Below are positions 35,093-45,578 of a stretch of 64,000 nt of DNA, in pieces. The position numbers and the translations under genes were made by a program. The notes beneath the pieces were generated by a model, which saw nothing but the letters and a program-made list of their open reading frames with translations, did no database searches and was not told the DNA's origin. Origin of the DNA: Pseudobdellovibrionaceae bacterium (GTDB taxonomy: Bacteria > Bdellovibrionota > Bdellovibrionia > Bdellovibrionales > Bdellovibrionaceae); assembly GCA_039810425.1 (NCBI GenBank), contig JBDHWW010000007.1:1-64000 (forward strand), read 5' to 3'. Numbering within the stretch: the first letter of the stretch is position 1; each line of letters opens with the position of its first letter.

Positions 35093-35737
35093 TTAGGATT
35101 CAGCAATGACTTTAAGGGCTTGTTCTTTTGCGCTGTGTAGCAAAGTTTCGAGTTGTTCAGCGAGCTTTGGATCACGCGGGTCCTGGTCTTTCGTCGTAGG
35201 AGGAAGCGGTCCGTGCCACTGAATAACGATTTTCGCGAAGGGTTTTGGAAAGAAGGTTTTATTCCATGCCTTTGGAAAATAAATAGCGCGATCTACACTC
35301 ACCCCACAGTAGTAAATTGGGCTGTCCGAAAGTCTAGAGAGCTCAAACACACCAGGCTTTACTTTGTAGATGGGTCCCTTCGGTCCATCTACGGCAAAAC
35401 TGCAGCTATGCCCATCGCGCATGAGGCGAATCAAACCTTTAAGTCCACCGACACCACCACGAGTAGAAGAACCCGCCGTGGTTTTTGCGCCGAGAAGTCT
35501 GAGAATGACAGACATCATCTGCCCGTCTTTGGATTGCGAAGACATGGTTGCGATATGGTAGCGGCGGCAAAGTTGAATGAGGGCAATCTCATCACCATGC
35601 CAGTGAGCCATCAAGAAAGGTTTTCGATCACGGATTGCTTGTTTGAGTGGTTCGGGTTCAATAAGGCGCACCCTCCACGTCAGCGAAAGGGCGCGATAGA
35701 TAAACCAAACTAAGAAACCTAAAAGATACTTTCTCAA
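35093..35737 (-). CDS. DUF374 lysophospholipid-acyltransferase-family protein
   Basis: WH, S.SKDG, GSS.RGG, DGPKGP, PKPF. Confidence 0.85.
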   Translation of the reverse strand: MRKYLLGFLVWFIYRALSLTWRVRLIEPEPLKQAIRDRKPFLMAHWHGDEIALIQLCRRYHIATMSSQSKDGQMMSVILRLLGAKTTAGSSTRGGVGGLKGLIRLMRDGHSCSFAVDGPKGPIYKVKPGVFELSRLSDSPIYYCGVSVDRAIYFPKAWNKTFFPKPFAKIVIQWHGPLPPTTKDQDPRDPKLAEQLETLLHSAKEQALKVIAES

Positions 35738-35740
35738 GGC

Positions 35741-36709
35741 CTAGTGCTTAAGAACTTTTTTGAATTCTTCTGTGAGCTTAGGAACAACGTCGAAAAGATC
35801 ACCGACAATGCCGTAAGTCGCTTTTTGGAAGATCGGAGCATTTGGATCGTTATTGATTGCAACAACCACTTTGCTGCCGCTCATGCCCGCCAAATGTTGA
35901 ATAGCGCCAGAGACACCAACCGCGATGTACAAAGTGGGTGCTACAGTTTTACCCGTTTGACCCACTTGCATACCGTGACCAACCCAGCCCGCATCAACAA
36001 CGGCGCGAGATGCACCAACAGTTGCGCCCAAAACATCCGCCAAATCATTCAAAAGTTTAAAGTTGCCGGCTTCTTTTAGACCACGGCCACCAGAAACGAT
36101 GATGTTTGCCTCAGTCAAATCGAGCTTCTCAGAAGTGCCCTTAACGATTTCTTTAACCAAAGTTTTCAAATCTGGTTTTGCAAGCGCGTGCTCGACGATT
36201 GTTGCCGTTTTTGCGCTGTCGGCAGCCGCCACGGGCAATTGATTTGCACGCATTAAAACGATTTTGAGCGGACTGTTTTCAAAAGCTACGTTTGCGAAAA
36301 CCTTGCCGGAGTACATAGGCTTTTTTGCAGCCACATTGTCACCAGAAATGCTGAGCTCCGTGCAATCAGAGGCAATGCCCGTCTTCAAACGAGCAGCAAT
36401 TCTCGGGAAAAGGTCGCGGCCCGTGCTTGTCGCGGAGGCGAGCAAGATTTGAGGTTGAGTTTTTTCAAGAACAGAACCAACCGCTGCTGCGTAAAGTTCC
36501 GAGTTGTAAGCATCGAGGCTTGCGTCCTTGATGACGTGAACTTCAGTTGCTCCGTGGTGGCCCATTTCTACCGCAGCTTTGTCAGCGCCAGTTCCAACGG
36601 CCAGGCCAACGACAGTGTTGCCGGACTTTGCAGCGGCCTGTAAAAGCTCCATTGCACCACGCTTTAAAGCACCATTTTTGTGTTCCGCAAATACGAATAC
36701 CTTAGACAT
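35741..36709 (-). CDS. etfA: Electron transfer flavoprotein alpha
   Basis: SGGRG, QVGQTGK, GAIQHLAG. Confidence 0.98.
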   Translation of the reverse strand: MSKVFVFAEHKNGALKRGAMELLQAAAKSGNTVVGLAVGTGADKAAVEMGHHGATEVHVIKDASLDAYNSELYAAAVGSVLEKTQPQILLASATSTGRDLFPRIAARLKTGIASDCTELSISGDNVAAKKPMYSGKVFANVAFENSPLKIVLMRANQLPVAAADSAKTATIVEHALAKPDLKTLVKEIVKGTSEKLDLTEANIIVSGGRGLKEAGNFKLLNDLADVLGATVGASRAVVDAGWVGHGMQVGQTGKTVAPTLYIAVGVSGAIQHLAGMSGSKVVVAINNDPNAPIFQKATYGIVGDLFDVVPKLTEEFKKVLKH

Positions 36710-36718
36710 CGCCAACCC

Positions 36719-37495
36719 CTACAATACTTTCGCTTCATCACGAAGCAGTTTTACAAGTTCAGCAACTTGAGCTGAAGAATCGCCAGTGATTATTTTCACG
36801 GCAGGCTTTTCCGCAGGAAGGCTGAGTTGAGTGTATTTAACTTTTGTGTCCGTTGTTGGAATGTTCAAAGAAGCGAACTCGACCTCTTTCAAAACCTTTT
36901 TTTTCGCCTTCATAATACCAGGCAAGCTTGCGTAGCGAGGGGTGTTGAGGCCTTTGTTGGCGCCAACAACCGCGGGGGCTTTCAAACTCAAAACTTCTTT
37001 TGCGCCACCCTCAATGTCGCGCTCTACCGTCACACCCTCTGGAGACAGAGAGAACTTAGAAACCACCGTTGCGTGCGGCATGCCCAAGAACTCAGCGACC
37101 ATTTGGCCTACTGAAGAGGCATTGTCGTCGATGGCGAGTTTGCCAGTGAAGATCAAATCAGCGCCGCCCTCTGCCTTGATGACTTCTGCCAAAGCGCGGG
37201 CTGTTGAATAAGAGTCGATGTTTTCAGGAGCGTTCACCACGATACCTTCATCGGCACCCATGGCGAGAGCCGTGCGCAATGATTCAGAGACGCGCTTGCT
37301 GGGGCCCACACTTAGAGCAAATACCTGAGTGCCCGCATTGGTCTCACGGTATTTAACCGCCTCTTCGATCGCGTACTCGTCGTAAGGATTGATGACCCAT
37401 TTGATGCCATTTGTGTCGACAGAAGAGGCATCGGGGCCAATTTTAATCTTTGTTTCCGTGTCCGGAACTTGCTTAATACAAACAAAAATTTTCAT
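36719..37495 (-). CDS. etfB: Electron transfer flavoprotein beta
   Basis: KQVPD, NPYDEYA, PRYAS. Confidence 0.98.
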   Translation of the reverse strand: MKIFVCIKQVPDTETKIKIGPDASSVDTNGIKWVINPYDEYAIEEAVKYRETNAGTQVFALSVGPSKRVSESLRTALAMGADEGIVVNAPENIDSYSTARALAEVIKAEGGADLIFTGKLAIDDNASSVGQMVAEFLGMPHATVVSKFSLSPEGVTVERDIEGGAKEVLSLKAPAVVGANKGLNTPRYASLPGIMKAKKKVLKEVEFASLNIPTTDTKVKYTQLSLPAEKPAVKIITGDSSAQVAELVKLLRDEAKVL

Positions 37496-37663
37496 GTTGA
37501 ACCTCGTTGGGTGGTTCTATCCCAAAGACCCCCTTTGGCAAACCTAAAAATCCCAAACTAACATGACGCGAAAACGGCGAGAAGTGCCGTGGACAAGCGG
37601 ACTTAGCGGGAGTAAAAGATAGTGAAACTCAATTGAAAATACTGCAGAAAAAAGAGGTTTATT

Positions 37664-38344
37664 GTGGCTCTTTCATCGTCTCATGGTTTTTTGAGATCTA
37701 CGATCGGCAAAAAATATCTCATGGGGTTGGCAGGTCTGATTTGGGCGGGGTTTGTTTTCACCCATATGGCCGGCAACCTTCTCATCTTTGTGGGCGCCGA
37801 CGCCTACAACCTGTACAGCTACACGCTGACGAGTAACAAGCTTTTGATCGTTGCTGAGGTGATTTTGGTTTTAGCACTGGTAGCCCATGTGTGCTTGGCG
37901 ATCAGCCTGACGAAGCAAAATCGTGTGGCCGGCGGAGCAGGCCGATATGCAGTGAAGGCGAAGGGTGAAAAAAGAGCCCGGTTTGCCTCAACTACAATGG
38001 GCGTTCAGGGCTCTATTGTTCTCGTGTTTGTGATTCTTCACTTGGCGACTTTCAAATTTGGCACTCATTACGAAACGACCGTGAATGGCGTCGTCATGAG
38101 AGATCTCTTTAAACTCATGATCGAAGTTTTCCAAAGCCCAGGCTATGTGGTTTGGTACTTGGTGGCTCTGGTACTTTTAGCATTCCACCTGAGTCACGGC
38201 GTTGGCTCTGTGTTCCAGTCCTTCGGTTGGATGAATGGCCGCCATCAACCGATGCTTCGCAAGCTGGGCGTTGTCTATGCCGTCGTTGTGGCAGCCGGGT
38301 TTATCGCGCAACCTCTTTACATTTTTCTTTTCATGAAGGGCTAG
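37664..38344 (+). CDS. sdhC: Succinate dehydrogenase cytochrome b558 subunit
   Basis: STIGKK, HMAGNL, HLSHG; five TM helices. Confidence 0.93.
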   Translation: MALSSSHGFLRSTIGKKYLMGLAGLIWAGFVFTHMAGNLLIFVGADAYNLYSYTLTSNKLLIVAEVILVLALVAHVCLAISLTKQNRVAGGAGRYAVKAKGEKRARFASTTMGVQGSIVLVFVILHLATFKFGTHYETTVNGVVMRDLFKLMIEVFQSPGYVVWYLVALVLLAFHLSHGVGSVFQSFGWMNGRHQPMLRKLGVVYAVVVAAGFIAQPLYIFLFMKG

Positions 38345-38354
38345 GGAGAACGCA

Positions 38355-40271
38355 ATGTCTAAAACTCTAGATAGTAAAATTCCTGAGGGAACAATTGATA
38401 AAAAATGGACTGACCACAAGTTCAAAATGAAACTTGTGAACCCAGCCAACAAACGTAAACACACAGTGATTGTTGTTGGTACCGGTCTTGCGGGCGCGAG
38501 TGCCGCAGCTTCTTTGGGCGAGCTGGGCTATAAAGTAAAGGCCTTCTGCGTGCATGAGTCCCCCCGCCGCGCCCATTCGGTGGCGGCTCAGGGTGGTATC
38601 AATGCGGCGAAAAATTATCAGAACGACGGCGATTCTATCTACCGTCTTTTCTATGATACGGTGAAGGGCGGGGACTTCCGCTCCCGCGAAGCGAACGTTC
38701 ATCGTTTGGCTGAAGTTTCCGTGAACATCATCGACCAAGCGGTTGCCGCAGGTGTTCCTTTGGCGCGTGATTATGGTGGTCTTTTGGACAATCGCTCATT
38801 CGGCGGAGCGCAGGTTTCCCGGACATTCTATGCTCGCGGCCAAACGGGGCAGCAGCTTTTATTGGGCGCATACTCGTCAATGATGAGACAAGTGGACATC
38901 GGCACGGTGGAGTTGAAATATCGTCGGGAAATGCTTGATCTTGTGGTGGTGAATGGCCAAGCCCGCGGCATCATCGTTAGAAACTTGCTCACGGGTGAAA
39001 TTGAATCACACGAAGCTGATGCGGTCGTCCTCTGCACGGGCGGCTACTCAAACGTATTCTATCTTTCGACAAACGCGATGGCGTGCGCCGTAACGGCGGC
39101 ATGGAAGGCCCACAAGCGTGGCGCTTACTTCGCAAACCCGTGCTTCACACAGATCCACCCCACTTGCATTCCGGTTCACGGTGAAAACCAATCGAAACTG
39201 ACTTTGATGTCAGAATCGTTACGGAACGACGGCCGCGTGTGGGTTCCAAAAGCAAAAGGTGACAAGCGCCATCCTAATGACATCCCCGAGGATGAACGCG
39301 ACTACTATCTTGAGCGTGTTTACCCCAGTTTCGGCAACCTGGCCCCTCGTGACGTGGCTTCTCGCCAGGCAAAATACCGTTGTGATGAAGGCCGTGGAGT
39401 GGGCGACTCTGGTAAAGCTGTCTACTTGGACTTCCGCGACGCGATCAACCGTTTGGGGGAACACAAAATCGCGGAACGTTATGGCAACTTGTTTCAGATG
39501 TACGACAAAATTACGGGTGAAAATCCATACAAGCAGCCTATGAGGATCTATCCGGCACCGCACTACACGATGGGCGGCCTGTGGGTGGATTACAACTTGG
39601 AATCAACAATTCCAGGCCTCTTCGTTGCGGGTGAAGCGAACTTTTCAGACCACGGCGCGAATCGCTTAGGCGCCTCGGCATTGATGCAGGGCTTGGCGGA
39701 TGGTTACTTCGTCGTTCCGTACACCCTTGGCAATTATCTTGCGAGCAACAAGTTTGAAAAAGTCACAACAGATCATGCATCCTTCAAAGAGGCGTCTAAA
39801 GCTGTGACTGACGAAATCGCGAAGCTGATGAGCATCAAAGGAAACCGCACAGTAGAAAGCTTCCATAAAGAACTGGGCCACATTATGTGGGAATACTGCG
39901 GTATGGGCCGCAACGAAACAGGCTTGAAGAAAGCTCTCGAGTTGATTCCAAAACTTCGCGAGGAGTTCTGGAAAAACGTGCGTGTTCCGGGTGAAGCAAA
40001 CTACTTGAATCCTGAACTTGAAAAGGCGGGACGCGTAGCGGACTTCCTGGAGCTTGGCGAGCTGATGTGTCGCGATGCTCTGGAGCGCCGCGAGTCTTGT
40101 GGCGGTCACTTCCGTGACGAATATCAGGAGGATGGCGAGGCAAAACGTGATGACGCGAACTTCAGTCACGTTGCTGCCTGGGAGTGGAACGGCACAAACA
40201 AGCCACAAACGCGTCACCAAGAAGAGCTGAAATTCGACAACGTGAAACTTGCAACGCGTAGTTATAAATAA
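38355..40271 (+). CDS. sdhA: Succinate dehydrogenase/fumarate reductase flavoprotein
   Basis: [26 protein letters not shown]. Confidence 0.97.
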   Translation: MSKTLDSKIPEGTIDKKWTDHKFKMKLVNPANKRKHTVIVVGTGLAGASAAASLGELGYKVKAFCVHESPRRAHSVAAQGGINAAKNYQNDGDSIYRLFYDTVKGGDFRSREANVHRLAEVSVNIIDQAVAAGVPLARDYGGLLDNRSFGGAQVSRTFYARGQTGQQLLLGAYSSMMRQVDIGTVELKYRREMLDLVVVNGQARGIIVRNLLTGEIESHEADAVVLCTGGYSNVFYLSTNAMACAVTAAWKAHKRGAYFANPCFTQIHPTCIPVHGENQSKLTLMSESLRNDGRVWVPKAKGDKRHPNDIPEDERDYYLERVYPSFGNLAPRDVASRQAKYRCDEGRGVGDSGKAVYLDFRDAINRLGEHKIAERYGNLFQMYDKITGENPYKQPMRIYPAPHYTMGGLWVDYNLESTIPGLFVAGEANFSDHGANRLGASALMQGLADGYFVVPYTLGNYLASNKFEKVTTDHASFKEASKAVTDEIAKLMSIKGNRTVESFHKELGHIMWEYCGMGRNETGLKKALELIPKLREEFWKNVRVPGEANYLNPELEKAGRVADFLELGELMCRDALERRESCGGHFRDEYQEDGEAKRDDANFSHVAAWEWNGTNKPQTRHQEELKFDNVKLATRSYK

Positions 40272-40280
40272 GGGTGTGAT

Positions 40281-41075
40281 ATGAGTGAATCATCTAAAAA
40301 AATCAACTTGACCCTCAAAGTGTGGAGACAAAAAGGCCCGAAGGACTCCGGTGGCTTTAAAGAGTATGCCGCGAAAGGTGTTTCAACAGACGCATCTTTC
40401 CTGGAAATGCTCGATGCCGTGAACGAGGGGCTGATCTCTAGAGGTGACGATCCCATCGCATTTGATCACGACTGTCGCGAAGGGATCTGTGGCAGTTGTG
40501 GCTTCATGATTGATGGTCAGGCCCACGGCCCGCAAAAATCAACAACAGTGTGCCAATTGCATATGCGCGCATTTAACGACGGCGAAGTTTTGACCTTGGA
40601 GCCCTGGAGAGCATCGGCCTTTCCTGTGATCAAAGATTTAATGACCGATAGAACAGCTCTTGACCGCATTATTAAATCTGGTGGTTATATTTCTGCCAAT
40701 ACAGGTAGTGCCCGTGACGCGAACAGCATTTTGATTTCAAAAGTAGCGGCCGATCAAGCAATGAGCTCAGCGGAGTGTATCGGTTGCGGGGCCTGTGTGG
40801 CTTCTTGCAAGAACGCGTCTGCAATGCTCTTTACCTCTGCGAAGATTTCACACATGGCTCATTTGCCACAAGGCCAAGTTGAACGAAAAAAACGTGCTGA
40901 ACGTATGGTCGGTCAAATGGACAGTGAGGGTTTCGGCGGTTGCACAAGCACCGGCTCTTGCTCGGCCGCCTGCCCGAAAGATATTAGCCTTGTGAATATT
41001 GCTTTAATGAACCGTGAATTCTTCAAGGCGAGCCTTTTAAAAGATGATGAAGTAGAAGTTGGCGGCGGCCTCTAA
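40281..41075 (+). CDS. sdhB: Succinate dehydrogenase Fe-S subunit
   Basis: [17 protein letters not shown].....C...CP. Confidence 0.97.
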   Translation: MSESSKKINLTLKVWRQKGPKDSGGFKEYAAKGVSTDASFLEMLDAVNEGLISRGDDPIAFDHDCREGICGSCGFMIDGQAHGPQKSTTVCQLHMRAFNDGEVLTLEPWRASAFPVIKDLMTDRTALDRIIKSGGYISANTGSARDANSILISKVAADQAMSSAECIGCGACVASCKNASAMLFTSAKISHMAHLPQGQVERKKRAERMVGQMDSEGFGGCTSTGSCSAACPKDISLVNIALMNREFFKASLLKDDEVEVGGGL

Positions 41076-41106
41076 GTTATCTGGACCAAAATCGAGATTG
41101 AGGGGG

Positions 41107-41145
41107 AGGGGCACTGGATATTAGTCCAGTGCCTTTTTCTTTTTT
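41107..41145 (+). terminator. Intrinsic terminator after sdhB
   Basis: GGCACTGGA/TCCAGTGCC hairpin followed by a T tract. Confidence 0.85.
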
Positions 41146-41234
41146 AGAGCAGACAACGCCGCCAAGCTGCGGCTAACCCACCCTTGGTCCTAAAGAATCC
41201 TAGCAATAAGTCCGAAGAAGGATTCGAGGGACGA

Positions 41235-41507
41235 ATGAAAAAAATTAACGAGCTAATGGACGAATTGGGTTTTGATCCAGAAGGATCTCCGGGCGTCAAA
41301 GAAGCATTTATTAAGTATCTTATTAAGGCGAGCGAAGGAGTGAACGTACTTACTCCGACGGAGAAAGCCCTGATAAAAGCAGATCCAAACAAGATCAAAG
41401 TCCTGTCCACCATGCAACGCCCCGCCCAGAATGCCGAGCAATTGAGTTTTGACTTCCACGCTGAAACGCGACCAAGGTCTAACTTTTCACGCAAAACACA
41501 TAAATAA
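41235..41507 (+). CDS. Small hypothetical protein
   Basis: ATG 41235 after GAGGGA; 90 aa; fills the intergenic gap. Confidence 0.7.
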   Translation: MKKINELMDELGFDPEGSPGVKEAFIKYLIKASEGVNVLTPTEKALIKADPNKIKVLSTMQRPAQNAEQLSFDFHAETRPRSNFSRKTHK

Positions 41508-41613
41508 ATAACGTAACTATTCGACCTTGGTACCATTTTGGAACTAGGTCGATGAATGAGATTCTCTCCCTAAAATTTCATCTCTGATCGAACCATCAAT
41601 CCAAGGAGGGATT

Positions 41614-43251
41614 ATGAAAAGGCTTGTGAAAAAAGCCCGTCTCGCGTCAGTTGTTGGTGCACTCTTCGCTTCAGCGTTCGCAACAGCAGCTCAGCCAGAA
41701 GCAGTTCCAGGTGAGTATGTCGTTAAGTTGAGAGAGCCTCTTTCTACTTACAAAAATCAAATGAATGTCTTGAGCCAAGAGCTTGGGTCTTACATTAAGT
41801 CTTCAATTCCTGGGCAAAACATTGTTGTAATCAAGCGCCCGGTTTTTGAAACGCAGGCATCGGTTGTCAAGACGATGACTCAAAATCCTAACATCGAAGT
41901 GATCGAACCCAACTACATTTATCATGCAAGTAAAACTCCGAACGATCCAATGCTTGGCCAGCTTTGGGGTTTGCTCAATGTCGGCCAAACGGATGCTGAC
42001 AAACAATCAGGCATTGCCGGAACTGACATCGGCGCAACGAGTGCTTGGGATATCGAAACAGGTTCAACAAATGTAGTCATTGCCGTCATCGACACGGGTG
42101 TTGATTATACAAATCCCGACTTGGCTCCAAACATGTGGACGAATACGGATGAATTGAACGGTAAAAAAGGCGTTGATGATGACAGCAACGGCGTTGTCGA
42201 CGACATCTATGGTTACAACACGATCAATAACAGTGGCGATCCTAAAGACGACCACGGTCATGGCTCGCACTGCTCGGGCACTATTGGCGCCAAAGGAGAC
42301 GATGGCAAAGGGATCGTAGGTGTTAACTGGAATACTCGCATCATGGCGGTTAAGTTTCTCGACGCTAACGGTTCGGGCACCCTGGAAAATGCGATCAAAG
42401 GTATCGACTATGCTTCTAAAATGGGCGCGAAGATCATGTCGAACTCATGGGGTGGCGGCGGTGAATCTCAAACCTTGAAAGAAGCTATCGAAAGGTCTAA
42501 CAAAGCAGGCGCGCTTTTCGTAGCCGCGGCGGGTAACGAATCCAATAACAACGACGCGAACCCTTCTTACCCGGCTTCTTACCAAGTGCCAAACATACTT
42601 TCAGTAGCGGCAGTGGATAACAGAGGTCAAATAGCATCTTTCTCTAACTACGGTAAGAACTCAGTTCATGTGGGCGCACCGGGTGTAAACATCGTAAGTA
42701 CAACCACGAATGGCTATGAGGCGTGGTCTGGTACTTCAATGGCGACTCCGCACGTATCAGGTGTTGCCGGCCTGATTGCTTCTCACGAACCAGGCTTAAG
42801 CGCGATTGAAATTAAAAACCGTATTATTACGACAGCCCGTCCGATTGCGGACCTCCGTGGAAAAGTTCGCGGCGCTGGTTTCGTCGACGCCTATGCCGCA
42901 TTGACAAACACCGCGCCACAGCCGGATGCCAACGATCCAGCAAACTGGCAAGCTATGTCTGTGTCCGCAGCGACGGCCCATCCATACGCTGATAAATCGA
43001 ATGAAACTTACGAAGTATCTGTTCCGGGCGCGAAAGAGTTTTCCCTTTACTTCTCGAAGTTCGAAACCGAAAAAGGCTATGACACGGTTCAGTTCTTCGA
43101 TGCTAAAGGCAACCTCGCAGGAGAAATGTCAGGCAATAACGATGACAGTTTCTCTCCTGTGATTACGGGTGATTATGTGAAAATTGTCTTTAAGTCCGAT
43201 GACTCTGTAAGCCTGTACGGCTTTGAAGTAACAAAGGCAGCGTGGAGATAA
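41614..43251 (+). CDS. Secreted S8 subtilase with prodomain and C-terminal CUB-like domain
   Basis: Signal peptide; triad DTG/HGSH/GTSMA; F.TE.GYD.V CUB-like motif. Confidence 0.95.
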   Translation: MKRLVKKARLASVVGALFASAFATAAQPEAVPGEYVVKLREPLSTYKNQMNVLSQELGSYIKSSIPGQNIVVIKRPVFETQASVVKTMTQNPNIEVIEPNYIYHASKTPNDPMLGQLWGLLNVGQTDADKQSGIAGTDIGATSAWDIETGSTNVVIAVIDTGVDYTNPDLAPNMWTNTDELNGKKGVDDDSNGVVDDIYGYNTINNSGDPKDDHGHGSHCSGTIGAKGDDGKGIVGVNWNTRIMAVKFLDANGSGTLENAIKGIDYASKMGAKIMSNSWGGGGESQTLKEAIERSNKAGALFVAAAGNESNNNDANPSYPASYQVPNILSVAAVDNRGQIASFSNYGKNSVHVGAPGVNIVSTTTNGYEAWSGTSMATPHVSGVAGLIASHEPGLSAIEIKNRIITTARPIADLRGKVRGAGFVDAYAALTNTAPQPDANDPANWQAMSVSAATAHPYADKSNETYEVSVPGAKEFSLYFSKFETEKGYDTVQFFDAKGNLAGEMSGNNDDSFSPVITGDYVKIVFKSDDSVSLYGFEVTKAAWR

Positions 43252-43274
43252 GTTAGCGGTACCGCCAATTGGTT

Positions 43275-43299
43275 AAGCCACCGTGATGAGCGGTGGCTT
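43275..43299. terminator. Hairpin between convergent genes
   Basis: AAGCCACCG/CGGTGGCTT. Confidence 0.55.
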
Positions 43300-43303
43300 G
43301 GGC

Positions 43304-44179
43304 CTAAAACCCATGTTTTTTTAGAAAGGCCTCCATCTTCATATTGATGTAGTCCGGAAAATCAAGTTGAGTGCAGTGCGAGCCATAAGGAACAATCACG
43401 AACTCGCTGTCGGCAATCTTATGATGAAACTCTTGCTGAAACCTCTGGGGAGTCACATTGTCGCGCTCCCCCGAGATAATCAGCGTCGGTACGTTCACCG
43501 TTGGAAGAATGAACTCACCATCAAACTTCATGAGCTCTTCGAATAAAACCAGGAATGTGCGGAGATCCATGTGTGCAACCCCGCGGGCATAGACCTCGAT
43601 ATCTTTGAAATGAGTGAGCTTCAAATTGAAGCCGCCTGCGGCGCCCGCGAGTAGCATTGAGAACGGATTATCTACCGCCATTCTCCACAACGTTGTCCAC
43701 AAGTCCGGAAACTTTTCATACTGGGCTTTCACGAAATAGTAAAAAGGTGCAACCACATCGAGACCAAACATTCCCTCAATTGGGTTTTTAGAAAAGCCAT
43801 TGATATATGTCATGGAGCCAATACGATCAGGAGCCACATGGAAAAGCTCCAATAACAAAGGCGCGCCAAAGCTGTGGCCGGCAAAATGCGCTTTTGAAAT
43901 CTGCAGATGATCCATGAGGCCTACAATATCGTCAACAAGGTCAGAGATTTTTAGATTTTGAGGATTTCCAAGAGGCTGGCTCTTGTGATGACCGCGGATA
44001 TCGAAGGTAATCACTTTGTAGTGCTTTGAAAAATGCTCCATCTGGAAGTGCCAATGATTCATGAGGCAGGCAATTCCATAGACCAGAATCAACGGCTCCC
44101 CTTCACCGCGGACTTCGTAATAAATCGGCGTCTTATCGAAACTTTCAAAGACACCACTTTCTTTTTCAATTATTGTCAT
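43304..44179 (-). CDS. Alpha/beta hydrolase
   Basis: DIRGH, GHSFG nucleophile elbow, GERD, GSH. Confidence 0.92.
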   Translation of the reverse strand: MTIIEKESGVFESFDKTPIYYEVRGEGEPLILVYGIACLMNHWHFQMEHFSKHYKVITFDIRGHHKSQPLGNPQNLKISDLVDDIVGLMDHLQISKAHFAGHSFGAPLLLELFHVAPDRIGSMTYINGFSKNPIEGMFGLDVVAPFYYFVKAQYEKFPDLWTTLWRMAVDNPFSMLLAGAAGGFNLKLTHFKDIEVYARGVAHMDLRTFLVLFEELMKFDGEFILPTVNVPTLIISGERDNVTPQRFQQEFHHKIADSEFVIVPYGSHCTQLDFPDYINMKMEAFLKKHGF

Positions 44180-44191
44180 GGGAAGCAGTCC

Positions 44192-44881
44192 TTAAATGTA
44201 CGTGACCTTGATCACGGTTCCGCCAATGCGAATAAGATCCCCATCCTGCAGAGTTTTGGTTTCGACGGGCTGATTGTTGAGACTTAACTTATTTCGGCAG
44301 AGGTTTCTAATTTTGGCCAGACCATCTCCGGGAATGATTTCAAAAGCAAGGTCTGGGGCTTCGGGATCTTGCAAGTCTATGTCTAACGAGTTCGCGCCGG
44401 CAATCCGAGGTCCGTAGCCTAAGTGCAAAGCTTCATCAGCCTGAATGCCCTGAACAAAGCGAAGTTTCAACGTGGGAGAAAAAGGCAGCCCCTTTCCTTC
44501 GGCCATCTTGTTCTGAATCCAGTCAATTGGAAGCTTTTCCACGAGGTTCTCCCGCCAAGAAAGGACCCGGGCAAACTCTTCAGCCGTTGGAGCTTCCACC
44601 GTGAGAACTTTGAAGTTGGTGCGGCCAAGGCGGAATGTGACGCCCGGCAGCATAGAAACCCGCCGGACCCGCCGATTTGAGAGTATGATGCCATTCGAGG
44701 AGTCTAAATCAATTAAAACGTATTGGCCCTTGTTGTCGACCTCAAAGCGGGCGTGCTCGCTGGAGATTTTTTCGTCATTGATGACGATCTCACCACGGCT
44801 GCGGCCGATTTTGTGGCCGTCTTCTATCTTGTATCGCGAACCCTGATGGGGCCCGTCGAGGGCCTCTATGAATAGTATCAT
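44192..44881 (-). CDS. FHA-domain protein (two FHA-like domains)
   Basis: IGR...S..HA...DLDSSNG, and C-terminal LQDGDLIRIG. Confidence 0.88.
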   Translation of the reverse strand: MILFIEALDGPHQGSRYKIEDGHKIGRSRGEIVINDEKISSEHARFEVDNKGQYVLIDLDSSNGIILSNRRVRRVSMLPGVTFRLGRTNFKVLTVEAPTAEEFARVLSWRENLVEKLPIDWIQNKMAEGKGLPFSPTLKLRFVQGIQADEALHLGYGPRIAGANSLDIDLQDPEAPDLAFEIIPGDGLAKIRNLCRNKLSLNNQPVETKTLQDGDLIRIGGTVIKVTYI

Positions 44882-44976
44882 GTATTTATTGTAAGGAGCT
44901 TTTCGAAAAGCTACAACACTCACCGCTTGTGCTTATCCTTTGGGCGTGCTAAACCATCGAGCTCAGTTAAAAAGTC

Positions 44977-45021
44977 ATCCTTGCTCCTGACGTTGGGTCA
45001 GGGGCTATAAACCGAAAGGAT
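44977..45021 (+). ncRNA. S6:S18 ribosomal protein leader
   Basis: ATCCTT pairs with the SD-containing AAGGAT; stem GCTCCTGAC/GTCAGGGGC; unpaired CCG; directly upstream of rpsF. Confidence 0.75.
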
Positions 45022-45025
45022 CGAA

Positions 45026-45550
45026 ATGGAACTATCTAAAGAGACTGTAAAACGTCCTTATGAAGTAATCGTTGTCGTTCACCCAGACGCGACCGTTGAC
45101 GAACAAAAAGAGCTTTTCAGAAAAAACAAAGCCACTATCGAGGGCTTCAAAGGCTCTGTGTTCTCATTGGAAACTTGGGGTAAACGCACGCTTGCTAACC
45201 CGATTGGTAAGTTGAAGAAAGCTATTTTCTTCCATTCTTACTTCGAAGCAGACACTCAAGCGATCAACGAACTTGAGCGTACTATGCGCATCAACGAAAA
45301 AGTACTTCGCTTCATGCACACTCGTCTTGACGAGCGTACAGCGTTGGTGAAGCACGCAGAAACCTTTAAAAAAGGTTTGGCTGAATCAGCAGCACGTGAA
45401 AAAGAGCGCGAAGCAAAAATCGCTGCTCGCAAAGCAGCTTTTGCAGCAGCCAACTCTGAACGTGGTGACCGCGGGGATCGCGGCGACCGTCCAGAGCGTG
45501 GCGAACGCGGTGAGCGTGGTGATCGCGGCGATCGTTTTGAGAGGAAGTAG
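45026..45550 (+). CDS. rpsF: 30S ribosomal protein S6 with C-terminal extension
   Basis: YE...WGKRTLA.PI.K...VLRF. Confidence 0.95.
   Translation: MELSKETVKRPYEVIVVVHPDATVDEQKELFRKNKATIEGFKGSVFSLETWGKRTLANPIGKLKKAIFFHSYFEADTQAINELERTMRINEKVLRFMHTRLDERTALVKHAETFKKGLAESAAREKEREAKIAARKAAFAAANSERGDRGDRGDRPERGERGERGDRGDRFERK
45461..45541 (+). repeat. Nine 9-bp units encoding R-x-D/E
   Basis: RGD RGD RGD RPE RGE RGE RGD RGD RFE, with synonymous variation between units. Confidence 0.85.
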
Positions 45551-45578
45551 TCTCTGACGAAGCTCGAGGGTCTTTAAG

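Noticed and set aside
41102..41110. GGGGAGGG KOPS-like octamer
   Set aside because: It is a single occurrence overlapping a terminator and is uninformative without genome-wide skew.
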